Shown piece after piece: positions 47,901-59,918 of a stretch of 64,000 bases of DNA. The position numbers and the translations under genes were made by a program. Positions within the stretch are counted from its first letter, which is position 1, and each line of letters begins with the position of its first letter. Below the pieces are notes generated by a model, which was given only the letters and a program-made list of their open reading frames with translations, had not been told where the DNA came from and did not search any database. Origin of the DNA: Octopus sinensis (lineage: Eukaryota); contig NC_043016.1 in the NCBI RefSeq assembly GCF_006345805.1, positions 28,334,001 through 28,398,000 of the forward strand, read 5' to 3'.

Positions 47901-50381
47901 GATAGACGAAATTCTGCTAAGCATTTTGCCCGGTATGCTAACAATTCTGCGAGTTGAATAGTGAAATACAAAAATACATTAAACTCAAGCTTTTTCCTTA
48001 CCTTTCCTTCTGATTTAGTCTGTCGGCACCAAGCAGACATCACAAATGGATCATTGACAGAAACACAAGCTATTAAATCATATCCTGCTTTCTGCAATAA
48101 ATACAAAAGTAGTTCTGTGAGTGAGGTATTTTAGAGTCTCAATTCAGTTTACAAAAACAATATTGCTGTCTGAGGGGGACTTCATTGTGCCTGAGACCTA
48201 TAGAGACCTTGAATACTTAGAAAATTTTGGTGACCCTATATATATGTAATGCAAAATATAAATAGTAACAAACTATAAACTAAGTTTTTATTTTTCAAAA
48301 TGAAACAAAACTAAGAAGGAAAATAATGTTTATTTTTGTATATTTCCACTTTATTTATATTTGAAAAGTTTTCTCCTGCTTTATTTCATGGCAAAGTCTT
48401 TGATCAGATCCTCAAAATTAATCTTAAGTAACAAATTTGCTGCTACACTTAGTAAAGATAAAGCATCTCAAATATTATTTAACAAATTTTAAAATAATTT
48501 CTTTGGTGTAATAAACTATTTACCATTTCCTTGTTGCTCCCACTTCCTTTGATACCCTAAGCACATGCTTATTTTTCTAAATGGTTAATCTAGCATTGCT
48601 GAGACTAAACACAAAATTTTACTTTTCTGAACTCAAGATGTTGCATTTTACACAGGAAATGACAAAGATCTGTGTTAATTAGTAATTCATAGCATTAGTG
48701 ATGGCTAAAGCACAGAAGACATATCCAATAGTGCAAAACAGGTGTATTAAATGTAACAGAAATGGCAATAGTGATGTAGTCTGAGAGGTATAATATATCT
48801 ATGGAGTTGGTGCAGGATTAGGAATGAGGGAGTGAGTATTTATATACATGTGTATGTATTATCCTCCTCATTCTGATTCTCATTATCATAATTTAATATG
48901 CCCTTTTCCATGCAGGCATGGGACGGATGGTTTGACAGGATCTAGTAAACTGCAGAGCTGCAGTGAGCTCCAGTGTCAGCTTTGGCATAGTCTCTTTGTT
49001 TAGATGACCTTCCTAATGCCAATCTCTTTACAGAGTGTATTGGGTCCTTTTTTTGTGTCAGTGAAACTAGTGAGGTCATAGAAAAGGGAAAATAAATTCC
49101 CTAAAAGTAGACGGGGAGAGGAGAGCATTAGGGATTATGTACGTGTGTATCAGTGCACATGCGCATGTATGCATTTTACTTACTCGAAATGCCTGATAGT
49201 GGTTAATATATTCAGGAATATGAGCCTGAAATGATAATAATAATAACAACAATAAAAATAGTGACAATATTCTATACTTCGGAAAAACAACAATAATATT
49301 CAATTATAGAGAAGTGTTAATCAAACAATTATTCATTTAATAATCACATGTGTATATAAACAAACTTACATTTATTTATTTGTTTTCTGTATTTTTATCA
49401 TTTATTGGTATATTTCATGGCAGATGGAAACATATTGCAGCTAAAATACAAATATTTTGTAGGTCTGCAGAAAAATCTGAACTCAAACAGCAACACTTGT
49501 TTGTGTCAAACCATGAAAGGCGCTTCTACTTGGTTGATCAACATACTAGTAATAACAGTCAAATATTCAAATCAAATCTTAATTAATGAAAGATACAGTG
49601 TATAATGTCTTAAATATACTTTTGAATATAAGTGTTCTTAGTCAAAGTTACTACTAAATAAATTATTGATCCGATAATAAAATCTTTACATGGTAGTTCA
49701 CTCTGCAAGAAACAGCAGGTAAATCTCCCTCAATACACATCTCACCGTATATTAACTTGAATCTATAAAAACTTCCTATTTTAAAGTGATCTAAATTAAA
49801 ACCTTTATTAAAATTCCATATTAATTTATGTTCTGAAAACCAGCTAAATAATGTAAAAGTTATTTTACTAAATTCCTCATTATTTTCAAAAGTAATTCAA
49901 ACACAGGCAGTGTATTTCAACAGAAATATCCTAGTCATATGACTTAGCTTCCAGATCTTTCCATTAGATTTGTTTTAATTCTTCTGATGCCAATCCACCT
50001 GAGACCACCTTTGGTTCCATAATTCAAACACCTTGTTTGAAAGTGATTCAAATCAAAACCTTCCATCAAAATCAATGTTAATTTATGTTCCAAACACTTA
50101 TTCTTCATAATTTTCAAAATTAATTGAAATGAGAATTGTATTCTTAACAGAAATATGGTAACAAAAGAGTGAAAGACTTAGAAGAGAACTTTCTGTGAAG
50201 TTTAAATAACAATATATTTTTTAGAGTTACTTACGTTAGAACAGCCGGGTGTGAAAGCTCCAACAACAGAAAATAAAACCCCTTTTTTACTGCGATATAG
50301 TTCTGATATATTTACAGATTCAACAGAATTATTTATACGTTCAAATAACATAATTTCTGGAAGCTGAGAACCCACTTGTAG
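44800..50381 (-). CDS. PRDX5: Peroxiredoxin-5-like protein, divergent, spliced (5 coding exons, 5'-partial)
   Basis: Exons 50381-50235, 49225-49184, 48091-48002, 46792-46698 and 44908-44800 join in frame to [160 protein letters not shown]. This is collinear with PRDX5; orthology versus paralogy is unresolved. Confidence 0.92.
45040..45742 (+). mobile_element. Degraded 5'-truncated RTE LINE in PRDX5-like intron
   Basis: RT C-terminal remnants (ggaagagggagacccaggaagacatggg = GRGRPRKTW) and family tail with (GAT)n. Confidence 0.75.
46698..46792 (-). CDS. PRDX5: PRDX5-like exon ([32 protein letters not shown])
   Basis: tttcag|ATT...CG|gtttgt; 95 nt; carries the catalytic Arg. Confidence 0.93.
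47400..47790 (-). mobile_element. RTE 3' tail with three to four ~65-bp units (same subfamily as 1675-2120)
   Basis: Unit-by-unit similarity to 1839-2100. Confidence 0.8.
48002..48091 (-). CDS. PRDX5: PRDX5-like exon ([30 protein letters not shown])
   Basis: ttgcag|AAA...AAG|gtaagg; 90 nt. Confidence 0.94.
48360..48800 (-). mobile_element. Degraded hAT transposase C-terminal fragment
   Basis: Minus: [34 protein letters not shown]; upstream boundary approximate. Confidence 0.5.
49184..49225 (-). CDS. PRDX5: PRDX5-like short exon ([14 protein letters not shown])
   Basis: tttcag|GCT...CGA|gtaagt; 42 nt; aligns to THLPGFVEQAEALK. Confidence 0.88.
50235..50381 (-). CDS. PRDX5: PRDX5-like exon with peroxidatic Cys (VVGAFTPGC)
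   Basis: caacag|CTA...AAC|gtaagt on minus; 147 nt. Confidence 0.93.
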
Positions 50382-50489
50382 CTGTTGAAAAAGAAAGAGA
50401 TAAAGAAATAAAGAGATAAAAAAACCTCAACGCATTATATGAAAAACAGTAAAGAAATAAAGAAAGAAAATAATTTCACATGCTTTTCC

Positions 50490-51240
50490 GTATGTAGGTA
50501 AGTGTCACCCATATAGTTAATCAGGTTGTCCACAAGGGAACATACCCAACGATTGATGTAGTAGCATTATAGTCAACTGCTACAAAGGCAAAGGAGATGC
50601 ATTAGACAGAAATAATTAGAGGCATCAAATTGCTGGACCAGGTGATGAGAGCCACAGAAAGGGCCATAGCGCAATTAATTAGGAAGAGAGTTAGCATAGA
50701 TGAGAAGCAGTTTGGATTTGTGCCAGGTACAAGCACGACTGGTGCTATGTTCCTAGTAAGGCAACTGCAGGAGAATGTAGCCAAAAATAAACCTCTGTAC
50801 TTGGCTTTTATTGACATGGAGAAAGCCTTTGACAGGGTCCCCTGCTCCCTTATTTGGTGGTCAATGTGGAAGGTAGGTATAGATGAGTGGTTATTGAAAG
50901 CTGCACAAGCCATGTACAGGGATGCTGCCGCTATGGTGAAGGTTGGCAATGAATTCAGTGTACTGGTAGGAGTTCACCAAAGATCATTTCTCAGCCCCTT
51001 CTTTTTTATCTTAGTCCTCCAGGCCTTAACAGAGGAGTTCAAGACTGGGAGCTCCTCTATGCTGATGACTTCGTTCTTATAACTGAATCACTACCTAACC
51101 TTGAGAAGAAATTTCAGGTGTGGAAGCAAGGCCTGGAATCTAAGGGTCTTAGAGTTAATTTTGCAAAAAAAACAAAGTCCTAGTAAGTAGGAAAATGGAC
51201 AAATCACAAGTCCCTTCAGGGAGATGACCCTGCTCAATAT
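50490..51240 (+). mobile_element. RTE reverse-transcriptase fragment
   Basis: ORF 50630-51082: QFGFVPG.STTGAMFLVRQLQE..YLAFIDMEKAFDRVP; frameshifted YADD (ctatgctgatgac). Confidence 0.88.
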
Positions 51241-51304
51241 GTAAGAAGTATTTTTTCAGGCTTGTATTTTATATATCTTCAATAGAGAGTAATAATCTGA
51301 AGAA

Positions 51305-54300
51305 GTATGTAACCCTGTCTGTGAACCAAAAATCTAGAAGTTAGAAGAAAGTTAGAGGCGGGTACTTTGGTGGTGAATGTTTGTAAAAACTAAGAGGTTA
51401 AAAAACAAACAGTTTCAAACATACGCAAGGTCAAGGACAAACACACATTTTCATTGAAATATGATGTTGATACAAATTCTAATCATTATTTGTTGGTGCA
51501 AGGATGTGTATGAGAGTTGCAAAAGTTACGAAACTTGTGAAGGCAGTGATGAAGAGTTTTATCCATCAATGATCTTGTGATAATGTCTATGATGTAGTAA
51601 ATCAAATTGCTGCCGTCAAGCTACCTAAGCCCAGAAATCGAACCATTCAGGGAGTGGTCAAATGGCTTCAACAAGTGTGAAGGATTACTGATTTCCAAAG
51701 TGTCAAAAAGGGGATGGAACTGGATTGGTGGCTAAGTGGTCACCGTATCAGAATACCCAAACTTTTAAGAACAAAGTGTTCATAGCTGGTTGTAAATTAA
51801 CAATAGAGCACTTGTCAGGAAATTAAATAAAAAATACTTGTGTTACATGAATGCTGTTGGCATGCAGCTTTTGAAGTTACTGGAAGTGAGGAGGTCAACA
51901 TATCAACAGGGTTTGCAAGACATGACACTACGCTAGCTACCAATGCATGATTACCATTCTAAGAAATCAATGATTCACCATAAACATTTTTAATAAACTG
52001 ATTTTTCTCACATTTCATACCTAAAGTGTATGTATAACTATCAAGAAGGGGGCCATTCAAGTTTTTGCCAATAAGGTCAAAGTGCTGATTATTTTGGACA
52101 ATGCTCAACCAGATAGTCACCAACTTGTCAGTAATGATGGAAAAACAGGGTGCATGTTCTTGCTACCAAATGTTACTGCCACAGTTTAACCAATGGATTA
52201 AAGTATAATTGTGAACAGTAACATGTATATCTGCATATACTTTACATGCTAGACCAGCAGATGAACAGAAGGACTGTTACTATGAGTCCCTTCTGCAGAC
52301 TACCACAACAACAAAGGAAAATGACCTTATTATCATAGCTGGTGAGTTCAATGGTCATGTTGGGCAAGATGCCAATGAATCTAAGGTGTATATGGAGGTT
52401 TTGGCTTAGGCACTAGAAATGAGGATGAAACAAAGCTCCTGGGCTTACTGGTCAGCAATACTAAATTCAGAAAACTTGCCAGATGGTTGGCAGGTTTCTT
52501 GAAGTTTCTTTAGTATTGCATCGCCTATCAATTTGGTGGGCCAAATTGAATACACTTTCACCAGTAACAGGGATAGGCAGATGCTTGTGAATAAAAAATT
52601 CTTTTAGGGTGGAGAATGTACAACACAACATAGCTTAGTGGTTAGCAACTTCAGATGTAGGTCTGGAAAGACCTAGGAACACAAAGTGATATGGAAAAGG
52701 AGGTTGTGGAAGCTTAAGAATCCTTAAATAGCCAGAGAGTTAGAGATGTTCTAACTGAAACATTTGATGAGAAGAAGGATGAGATAAAAATGTATAACAT
52801 AGAGGACAACTGTTTTTACAGGGTAACTACTGAGGATAATAGACTGTATCTGTAGTTGAAGAAAAGTTTCTGCCAGGCCAAGGGTGGTGAAACAGGGAGG
52901 TTGACAGGGCCGTAAAAGAGAAGAGATATGCTTGGAATGAATGGAAAAATAGAGGTAGCAAACAACCATATCAGGTAGCTAAAAGGAAACTGAGTGACAG
53001 GTTTATCTAGCAAGAGCAGGGATAGGAAGGAAGAAGTTTGCCAATGTCTTACAGCATGAGCATCAGAGATAGGAAGTGTTCTGAATTGCTAGACAGTGTA
53101 TCAGACAGAATCTAGACATTGTGGGTGAGAAGTGTGTATGGATAGTAATGGTATGCTTGTACTTAGTAATTCCAAAAACTAGATGAATGGAAGTGCTACT
53201 ATGAAAGATTATTACATACGAAGAATATGCAGAAGAAAGGGAGTCTTATCAATGTGAACCCAACAAGGAGACCAGCTATTCTAGTTGTCAGTAGTGTGAT
53301 AGATGAGGCAATTAAGGATGTGAAGACAAGGAAAACCCCTGGTCCATTCAGAATTAAAGCTAAGATGCTCAAAATATCTGGTAGAGTAGTATAACGACTA
53401 GTCACCAATATAGTTAATCAGGTTGTTCAGGAAGATGTCATCTCTAATGACTGATGTAGTAGCATTATAGTCAGCTGTTAACAAGGATAAAGAAGATACT
53501 TAGAAGTATCAGGTTGCTGGACCAGGTCATGAAAGCTATGACAAGAGTTATAGCCCAATTAATTTAGAAAAAGAATTAGAATAGATGAGATGCAGTTTGG
53601 TTTAATGCTACGTAGAACTACTACTTAAGCTATCTTCTTAGACAACAGCAGAAATATTTAGTTAAGAGTAAACCATTATTCTTGGCATTTGTTGACCTGG
53701 AGAAAGCCTTTGACAGTGTCCCTTACTTTGTGATATGATGGTCTCTGGGTAAGCCAGGTTGTGGAAGATGTACAAGCCATGTACAGGAGTCCTGCTAGTA
53801 AGGTGAAAATTAGACATGAGTACAGTGACGAATTTAGTGTGCAGGTGAGCATTTACAGTTCTCATCCCTACCCATTCATCATTGTCTTCCAGGTCATAAC
53901 AGAAGAATTTAAGACTAGCTGCTCCAAGGAAATACAAAATGCTGATGATCTCACTCTCATAGCAGAATATGTAACAAAATTAGAAAATAAATTTCAGGTG
54001 TGGAAGTAAAACCTAAAATGAAAGTTAACTTAGCAATAATCAAGGTTTTAGTAAGCAGGAAAACAGGCAGGACCCTACAGTCTTCAGGTAAATGGCCCAA
54101 TTCAATATGTAGTAAAGGTGAAGACAGAAATTCCATATGGTGTACCTAGTGCAAACAATGGACACACAAAAAGTACAGTAGAATTGTAGAAAGGTTAATG
54201 GAGAAATTAGCCTTTCTTTGTGAAAGATGCACAGGTGCCACAGAGTCCGATATCAAGTGGGAAATTGATGTTCTCAAATGCCCCATGGGCTCCCTAGAGG

Positions 54301-56390
54301 TAGTAGATAATTTTGGCTATCTAGGTGACCTAATTAGCAGTAGAGGTAGATGTTCTGAAAGTGTAGTCATTAGAATAAGAATAGGATGGAAAAAGTTCAG
54401 AGAGCTACTATCTCTGTTGGTAACAAAAGATCTTTCGCTCCAAATAAAAGCAGCTTGTGTACATACAGCAATGTTACATGGTAATGAGATGCGGGTCCTG
54501 AATACAGAGAATATGCATAAACTAGAGAGGAATGAAGCTAGTATGCTCTGCTGGATATGCAATGTTAGTCTGCATGTATGGCAAAGTGCGAATATACTGA
54601 GAGAAAAGTTAGGCATAAGAATAAAAACATGCAGCATGCAAAAGAGAAGACTGCACTGGTTTGGTCATTTGATGCATTTGGATGAGAACAGTTGCATAAA
54701 TAAGTGCCAATTGAAGTGGATGGAATTTGTAGAAGAGAGAGACCCAGAAAGACATGGGACAAAGGCTGATCTCAAGAAATTGAGCTTTACAGAGATGACG
54801 AAGGACCAAGATGATTGGCATTTTGCTGTGCTTGAGAAGACCCGTCCATTACAGCTAAAATGATATCCTAAAATTACTGTTATGCTTGTATGTGCAAAAT
54901 CCTGTTTACCCCTTCTTTCTCTGACACATCAGCATTCTTCCCTCATCTATGGTGCCACTCAGCTACTGTAATCACATGAGAGTAGAATTGGCTCTTACTA
55001 CATCCCATCTCCTCCAAAATGATCTCACCTCTCCTTGGAGCTATTTCCATTCAACATCATCCCTGCCCACATTATTTCACTCTTTCATCTTCTTTTTGTA
55101 ACTTCAGCCACTGCTCTGTCTCTGTCTTCTCTGCTATACCCCATCTAACACCCTCTTTCATCTGCCCTCCCATACCTACCATCATGATTCACCTACTACA
55201 GCCCCTTATGTATCCCTGTATCTCCCTCTCCACTACTCATACACTTGCACATCATCTCACTACATTCTTTTCTATTCTCCTTCCTAAGCCACTCTTCTCC
55301 CACTATACCCTTTACATACTGATATTTCCCATTATCTACATCCCCATCTTAGTTCATCACTACATTAACCTCTGTCTCAACCTGTTTACTCCACCCTCTC
55401 ACTCTTATGAAAGCATCAACTCTTATCTCCTCTCATAACCTATTGTCTGTATGTGCTTATCATACAACCTATTGAGCATAACCTCTGTTATGCTCACCTT
55501 CTTGTTCCTTGAGAGTTTGTTCTAGCACCCATCACTACCATCTCTTTATCTCTTTCAACCTTGTAGCTTCTCTATAGCAAAGCACCTGTGCTTGTCCCAC
55601 TACCATATTTTAGTCTTTCAACACCTGGCCTAAAGCCAAACAACTCCACCTTCCTCCCCCAAATACTTCCTCTTAGTAATGGGGAATTTTTTATTTTCCC
55701 TTTTCTTTGTTCTTTTCAGTCATGGAAGTTACACGGCGACCTTACAAGTGCCACTGGCATGAAGGGAGCATCCACTACACTCTGCAAAAAGTGTTAGCAT
55801 TAGGAAGGGCATCAAGCTGTGGAAACGATGTCAAAGATGACACTGAAGTTCAACACAACCTAGCAGCTTACAGATTCCCTGTCAAACTGTCTGAACCATG
55901 CCAGCATAGAAATGATGATGATGATGAAATTTACAAGAGGTTACATTAACAAAGACATTTGGAAGAAGTTCTCATGGTGTTAAAAGAAGACAATATAAGG
56001 AAAGATGCATGAGGATAAAGAACTCTCAGTAACATTGAGAACTACAATCTCAACAATATTCAATTTAGCAGCTTCATGGAAGGCACTAAAGACAACCACT
56101 CTAGTCAATGCTTGTGTGGGGGAAGGCGATGATGACAACTTCTATGTATGATTGAAATAGAAAATGATTTTGAAGGATTTGAGGCAAGGGATTTTAGAGG
56201 GTTGGCAAAACAAATATCAACTCTGGTTAGAAAGACAAAAGGTGACCTTAGATATCAAGTATTAACAGAAGAAGAAATGGCAGGTGAAGTGCTTATCAAT
56301 GACAATAACAATAGTAAGGATCAAGAAGACAATGAACTATTGTCAGATCTGATAGAGGGGAAAGAGGGAGAGAGAGAGTAGATCCTCTCA
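51305..56390 (+). mobile_element. Degenerate Tigger/pogo transposase split by an RTE insertion (parts ~51305-52225 and ~55926-56390)
   Basis: CENP-B-like VGARMCMRVAKVTKLVKAVMKSFIHQ; DGTGL; VLIILDNA..CMFLLPNVTATV*PMD; resumes after the RTE with IYKRL..LEEVLMV and IFNLAASWKALKTTTLVNA. Confidence 0.72.
52226..55925 (+). mobile_element. Near full-length, degraded RTE LINE (APE endonuclease, RT, CT-rich 3'UTR, tail)
   Basis: IIAGEFNGHVG at ~52330; DLEKAFD at ~53695; NADDLTL at ~53940; ORF 54198-54863; family tail and (GAT)n ending ~55925. Confidence 0.85.
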
Positions 56391-57623
56391 CCTACACATT
56401 CTCTACATTCAACAGTACACATGCTTCTTTTAACCAGAATGACAACCTACCTATGTTTATAGCAGTATAGTCACTGGTGCCAGCTTAAGACATGGACATG
56501 CTGGACAGCTCATTAGAAGCCCAATTTTAATCTATGTTGTAACTTACTGTCAATGAATGATAATGGTAGTCTCTCATAGTCTGAGAAAGACAGTTTTGCA
56601 ATTCCGTGATGAACAACCTGCACAAATGATTTGTTTACAGTGATCAAAATACATTAGCTAATTCTCTCCATCAAATCGAAGTAGCACAGTGTAGCACATC
56701 AGGTGTCAAAGTGATCACAAAGCAAATGTGAGATGAAGTGTTTTGCTCAAGAACACAATGCATTATCCTATCCAAGAATTGAAACCATGATTTTGCATGT
56801 ACTTATTTATTGCTCTGCTTTTCCCAAGGATCCATAATGTTAAAAAAGTTTTCCTGGTAGCAGCAAATGAATTAAAGATTTTAAAGCATGAAAAGCAGCT
56901 GGAACATGCACAATAATGTGGGTGAGATGCTGGAAATATTTAACAAGGTTGCTGATGCACTCATTAATGCTATTGATAATCTGATAGTAACAAGGTGTCG
57001 CACTCAATGACTAGTGTAGGAGCTGCATCAAAAACTGCCTCATGGGATGATAAAAAGTGATGCACTACTGAGCAAGAACTGCAACGGTATCAAATTGAGC
57101 AAGTTATAGCAGAACTGACTGAGAGAAGAATTGGCCTAGATGAGGTGCTGTTCAGGTTTATTTCAAGGTAGGGTAAAACTGAATCTCACTTCTAAGGGAG
57201 GCAGCTGCAGGACAAGTGTTTAAGCCAGCACTACTTACATTTGTGATTTAAGCCAGTTAATCTTACATTGGTCAACCTGGAAAAAGATCTTTGACAAGGT
57301 GATACACTTTAAACAATAATGTTGAAGAAAGTGCTTGAAAGTAATCTCCCTTGACTATTTTAAAACTTTTCCTAACTACAGGGTGCTTAAATGGACCTAT
57401 TGAAAGCCACCTGTGAAATTACCCTGCTTAAATTCTTTACTTGTAAACTTTCCCACTCCCTTATATATTTTCTCGTTTCTTTTTTCTTTTCTTATATTCC
57501 TAATTTCTCTTCACAATTATATTCTCCACTCAAACTGCTTTCTAGACACTCTGATTGAATCCTCCCTGTGTTAATATGGGCCACCTAACAACAAAGTAAA
57601 CTTCATATAACGAAGACACCCTT

Positions 57624-57697
57624 GGCCTGAAGAGTATACACCTTGCTTGGATATTTACTACTTCCAAGGATCTGCTTGGTATGAAACATATGTAGCC
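57624..57697 (+). ncRNA. Type I hammerhead ribozyme motif with extended stem II
   Basis: GGC-CTGAAGA-[stem II incl. TTGGA/TCCAA]-GAAA-CATAT-GTA-GCC; palindromic ACATATGT; predicted cleavage after 57694. Confidence 0.65.
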
Positions 57698-57751
57698 TGG
57701 ATTTTATATACTTCATTCCTTTAGTTTTGTACTATATATATATATATATAA

Positions 57752-58140
57752 TTCCCTTTCCGGGGACTGCCACATTAAGTTGGCAACAAACCATCACCTT
57801 ATCGTCCTGCTACTGCATAACTCTCTCTGAGAGATTTAGAAATGCAATATTTCTTATTTTGTAGATTAGTGAATTTATTTCACTTGAAATTCTATAAGTT
57901 TAGCACCGACAGCTGGAAAGGCCAAGCTACTTCAGACTGATGAACAGCAACTACCCTGAAACTAGTCTCTGAATGCTGGCTTTGTTATGTGAAGGTGCTT
58001 ATCTCCCCTGTTTGAAAACTTAAAGACACAGAATGCTTGTATCACGTAGCCAACTAGAAACAGTGTTTCTAGGGGCTAAATAGCAGTAGCATTCTTCCCT
58101 TTCCTGGGACTGCTACATTAAGTTGGTAACAAACCATCAC
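57752..58140 (+). mobile_element. Retrozyme/Penelope-derived unit bounded by 46-bp direct repeats (period 343 bp)
   Basis: ttccctttcc(g/t)gggactgc(c/t)acattaagttgg(c/t)aacaaaccatcac at 57752-57797 and 58095-58140, with an internal hammerhead. Confidence 0.6.
57931..57973 (+). ncRNA. Minimal type I hammerhead ribozyme motif
   Basis: TTCAGA-CTGATGA-[stem II partly mismatched]-GAAA-CTA-GTC-TCTGAA; intact core, 6-bp stem I, palindrome ACTAGT; predicted cleavage after 57967. Confidence 0.7.
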
Positions 58141-58671
58141 TCTCTCTCTCTCTTTCTCTTTATATAAGCATTTCACCCTGCATGCTAATGTGTCTGCCAG
58201 CTCGCCGCCTTAGAATGTAAATATTCATTTTAGAAATATATTCTAAATTCTTAATTCTTAATTTTTACGTCCTTGTTTCCGTATACATTCACTGCTTTCT
58301 TCCAAGGAATGTAATGCTCTTAGCTTATTTTTCCTTGGGGTTGGCCAGATTGGAGCAATCTCGAGTATAACCAGCCGAAATTTCAAAGATAATCTGGAAC
58401 TCAACTGTGGATATAAAACACTGTATGATCCGATCTTGTTTTCCTCATGTCGTCTGTCTGGATATTTTTTTTGTTTTCCTTTTTTTGTTTCACCTGTCTG
58501 GATGTTTTGCGCTCTTGTCCCATTTTTGTATTTTATATATATACACATATTGATAGAAATGGTAAGACAACAAAAGAATGAAAGAGACCTCGATATTATG
58601 TAAATAGAGGAATTTATCTGTAAGTATGTGACAATTATTGGGTAGCCAATAATTGTCACATATTATATTTA

Positions 58672-58730
58672 CAGATATATATATATATATATACATACAT
58701 ACATATATACATACATATATATACACACAC

Positions 58731-58765
<35 letters not shown>

Positions 58766-59095
58766 CACACACATATATATAGATATACACACACATACAC
58801 ACATATATATATACACACACATACACACATATATATATACACACACATACACACATATATATATACACACACATACACACATATATATACACACACATAC
58901 ACACATATATATATATATACACATATACATATATACATATATATACACATATACATATATAAATATATATACACATATACATATATAAATATATATACAA
59001 ATAAATATATACATACATATATATATATATATATATACATACACACACATATATATATACATACACACACACACATATATATACCTATACATATA
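58672..59095. repeat. (TA)/(CA) microsatellite
   Basis: Directly visible. Confidence 0.96.
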
Positions 59096-59688
59096 AATTT
59101 GACATGGGCCATTCATTCTTGTCTTGGGATTCATTGTCAAATGGCTTGCTGGAATTGCGCAAAAGATTACACAGATGTGTAGAATGATCCGGTGCTGTTG
59201 CTGGGCTTTGTATTTTTTTCATAGCTCCCATGGTTATGGAGATAATCTACTATAATAACACTCTTCTGTTTATGAATGAGAAAGGAACTGGTGATAGATG
59301 AATAAGGAAGAAAGGGGTGATGTTATATTCGGTAGTTGGATGATAAAAAATTGTACGCTGAAAAAAAAAAAAAAAAATCAAACAGCGTTTCAACTCTGTG
59401 TGAATATGTGTGTATATAAAAGGGGGGTATGCAAATGTGAGTGTGAGCATTTGCAATGGAAGTGGGAGGGTTCATTAGTTAATATTTGGGTTTAGTTTTT
59501 GATTAGGTTGAATCGTGGTTGGTTTTTTTTTTGGGTCAGTTCTTTTTAGCGTTTTGACAGAAAGTCATCATTCTAAAATTGTTTTTTAATGCAAGCATGT
59601 CAAAACAAGTCAAATGCTTACACAAAGCAGGTTTTACAGCCACATTATTCACACGGACTGAGTGAAGCTGGGCTTAGCTGCTAGTAAT

Positions 59689-59689
<1 letters not shown>

Positions 59690-59756
<67 letters not shown>

Positions 59757-59918
59757 TATGTATATATACATATATATGTATATATACATATATATAGATA
59801 TACAGATATACATATATATGTATATATACATATATATAGATATACAGATATACATATATATGTATATATACATATATATAGATATACATATATATGTATA
59901 TATACATATATATAGATA
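59690..59918. repeat. (TA)n-based microsatellite
   Basis: Directly visible. Confidence 0.96.

Noticed and set aside
51440-51830. Apparent Gypsy integrase zinc-finger-like fragment
   Set aside because: Better explained as the CENP-B HTH and DDE start of the Tigger-like transposase, which is continuous with downstream motifs
59100-59240. Minus-strand ATG ORF ([12 protein letters not shown]...) as PRDX5-like first exon
   Set aside because: No phase-0 donor matching the next exon and no homology
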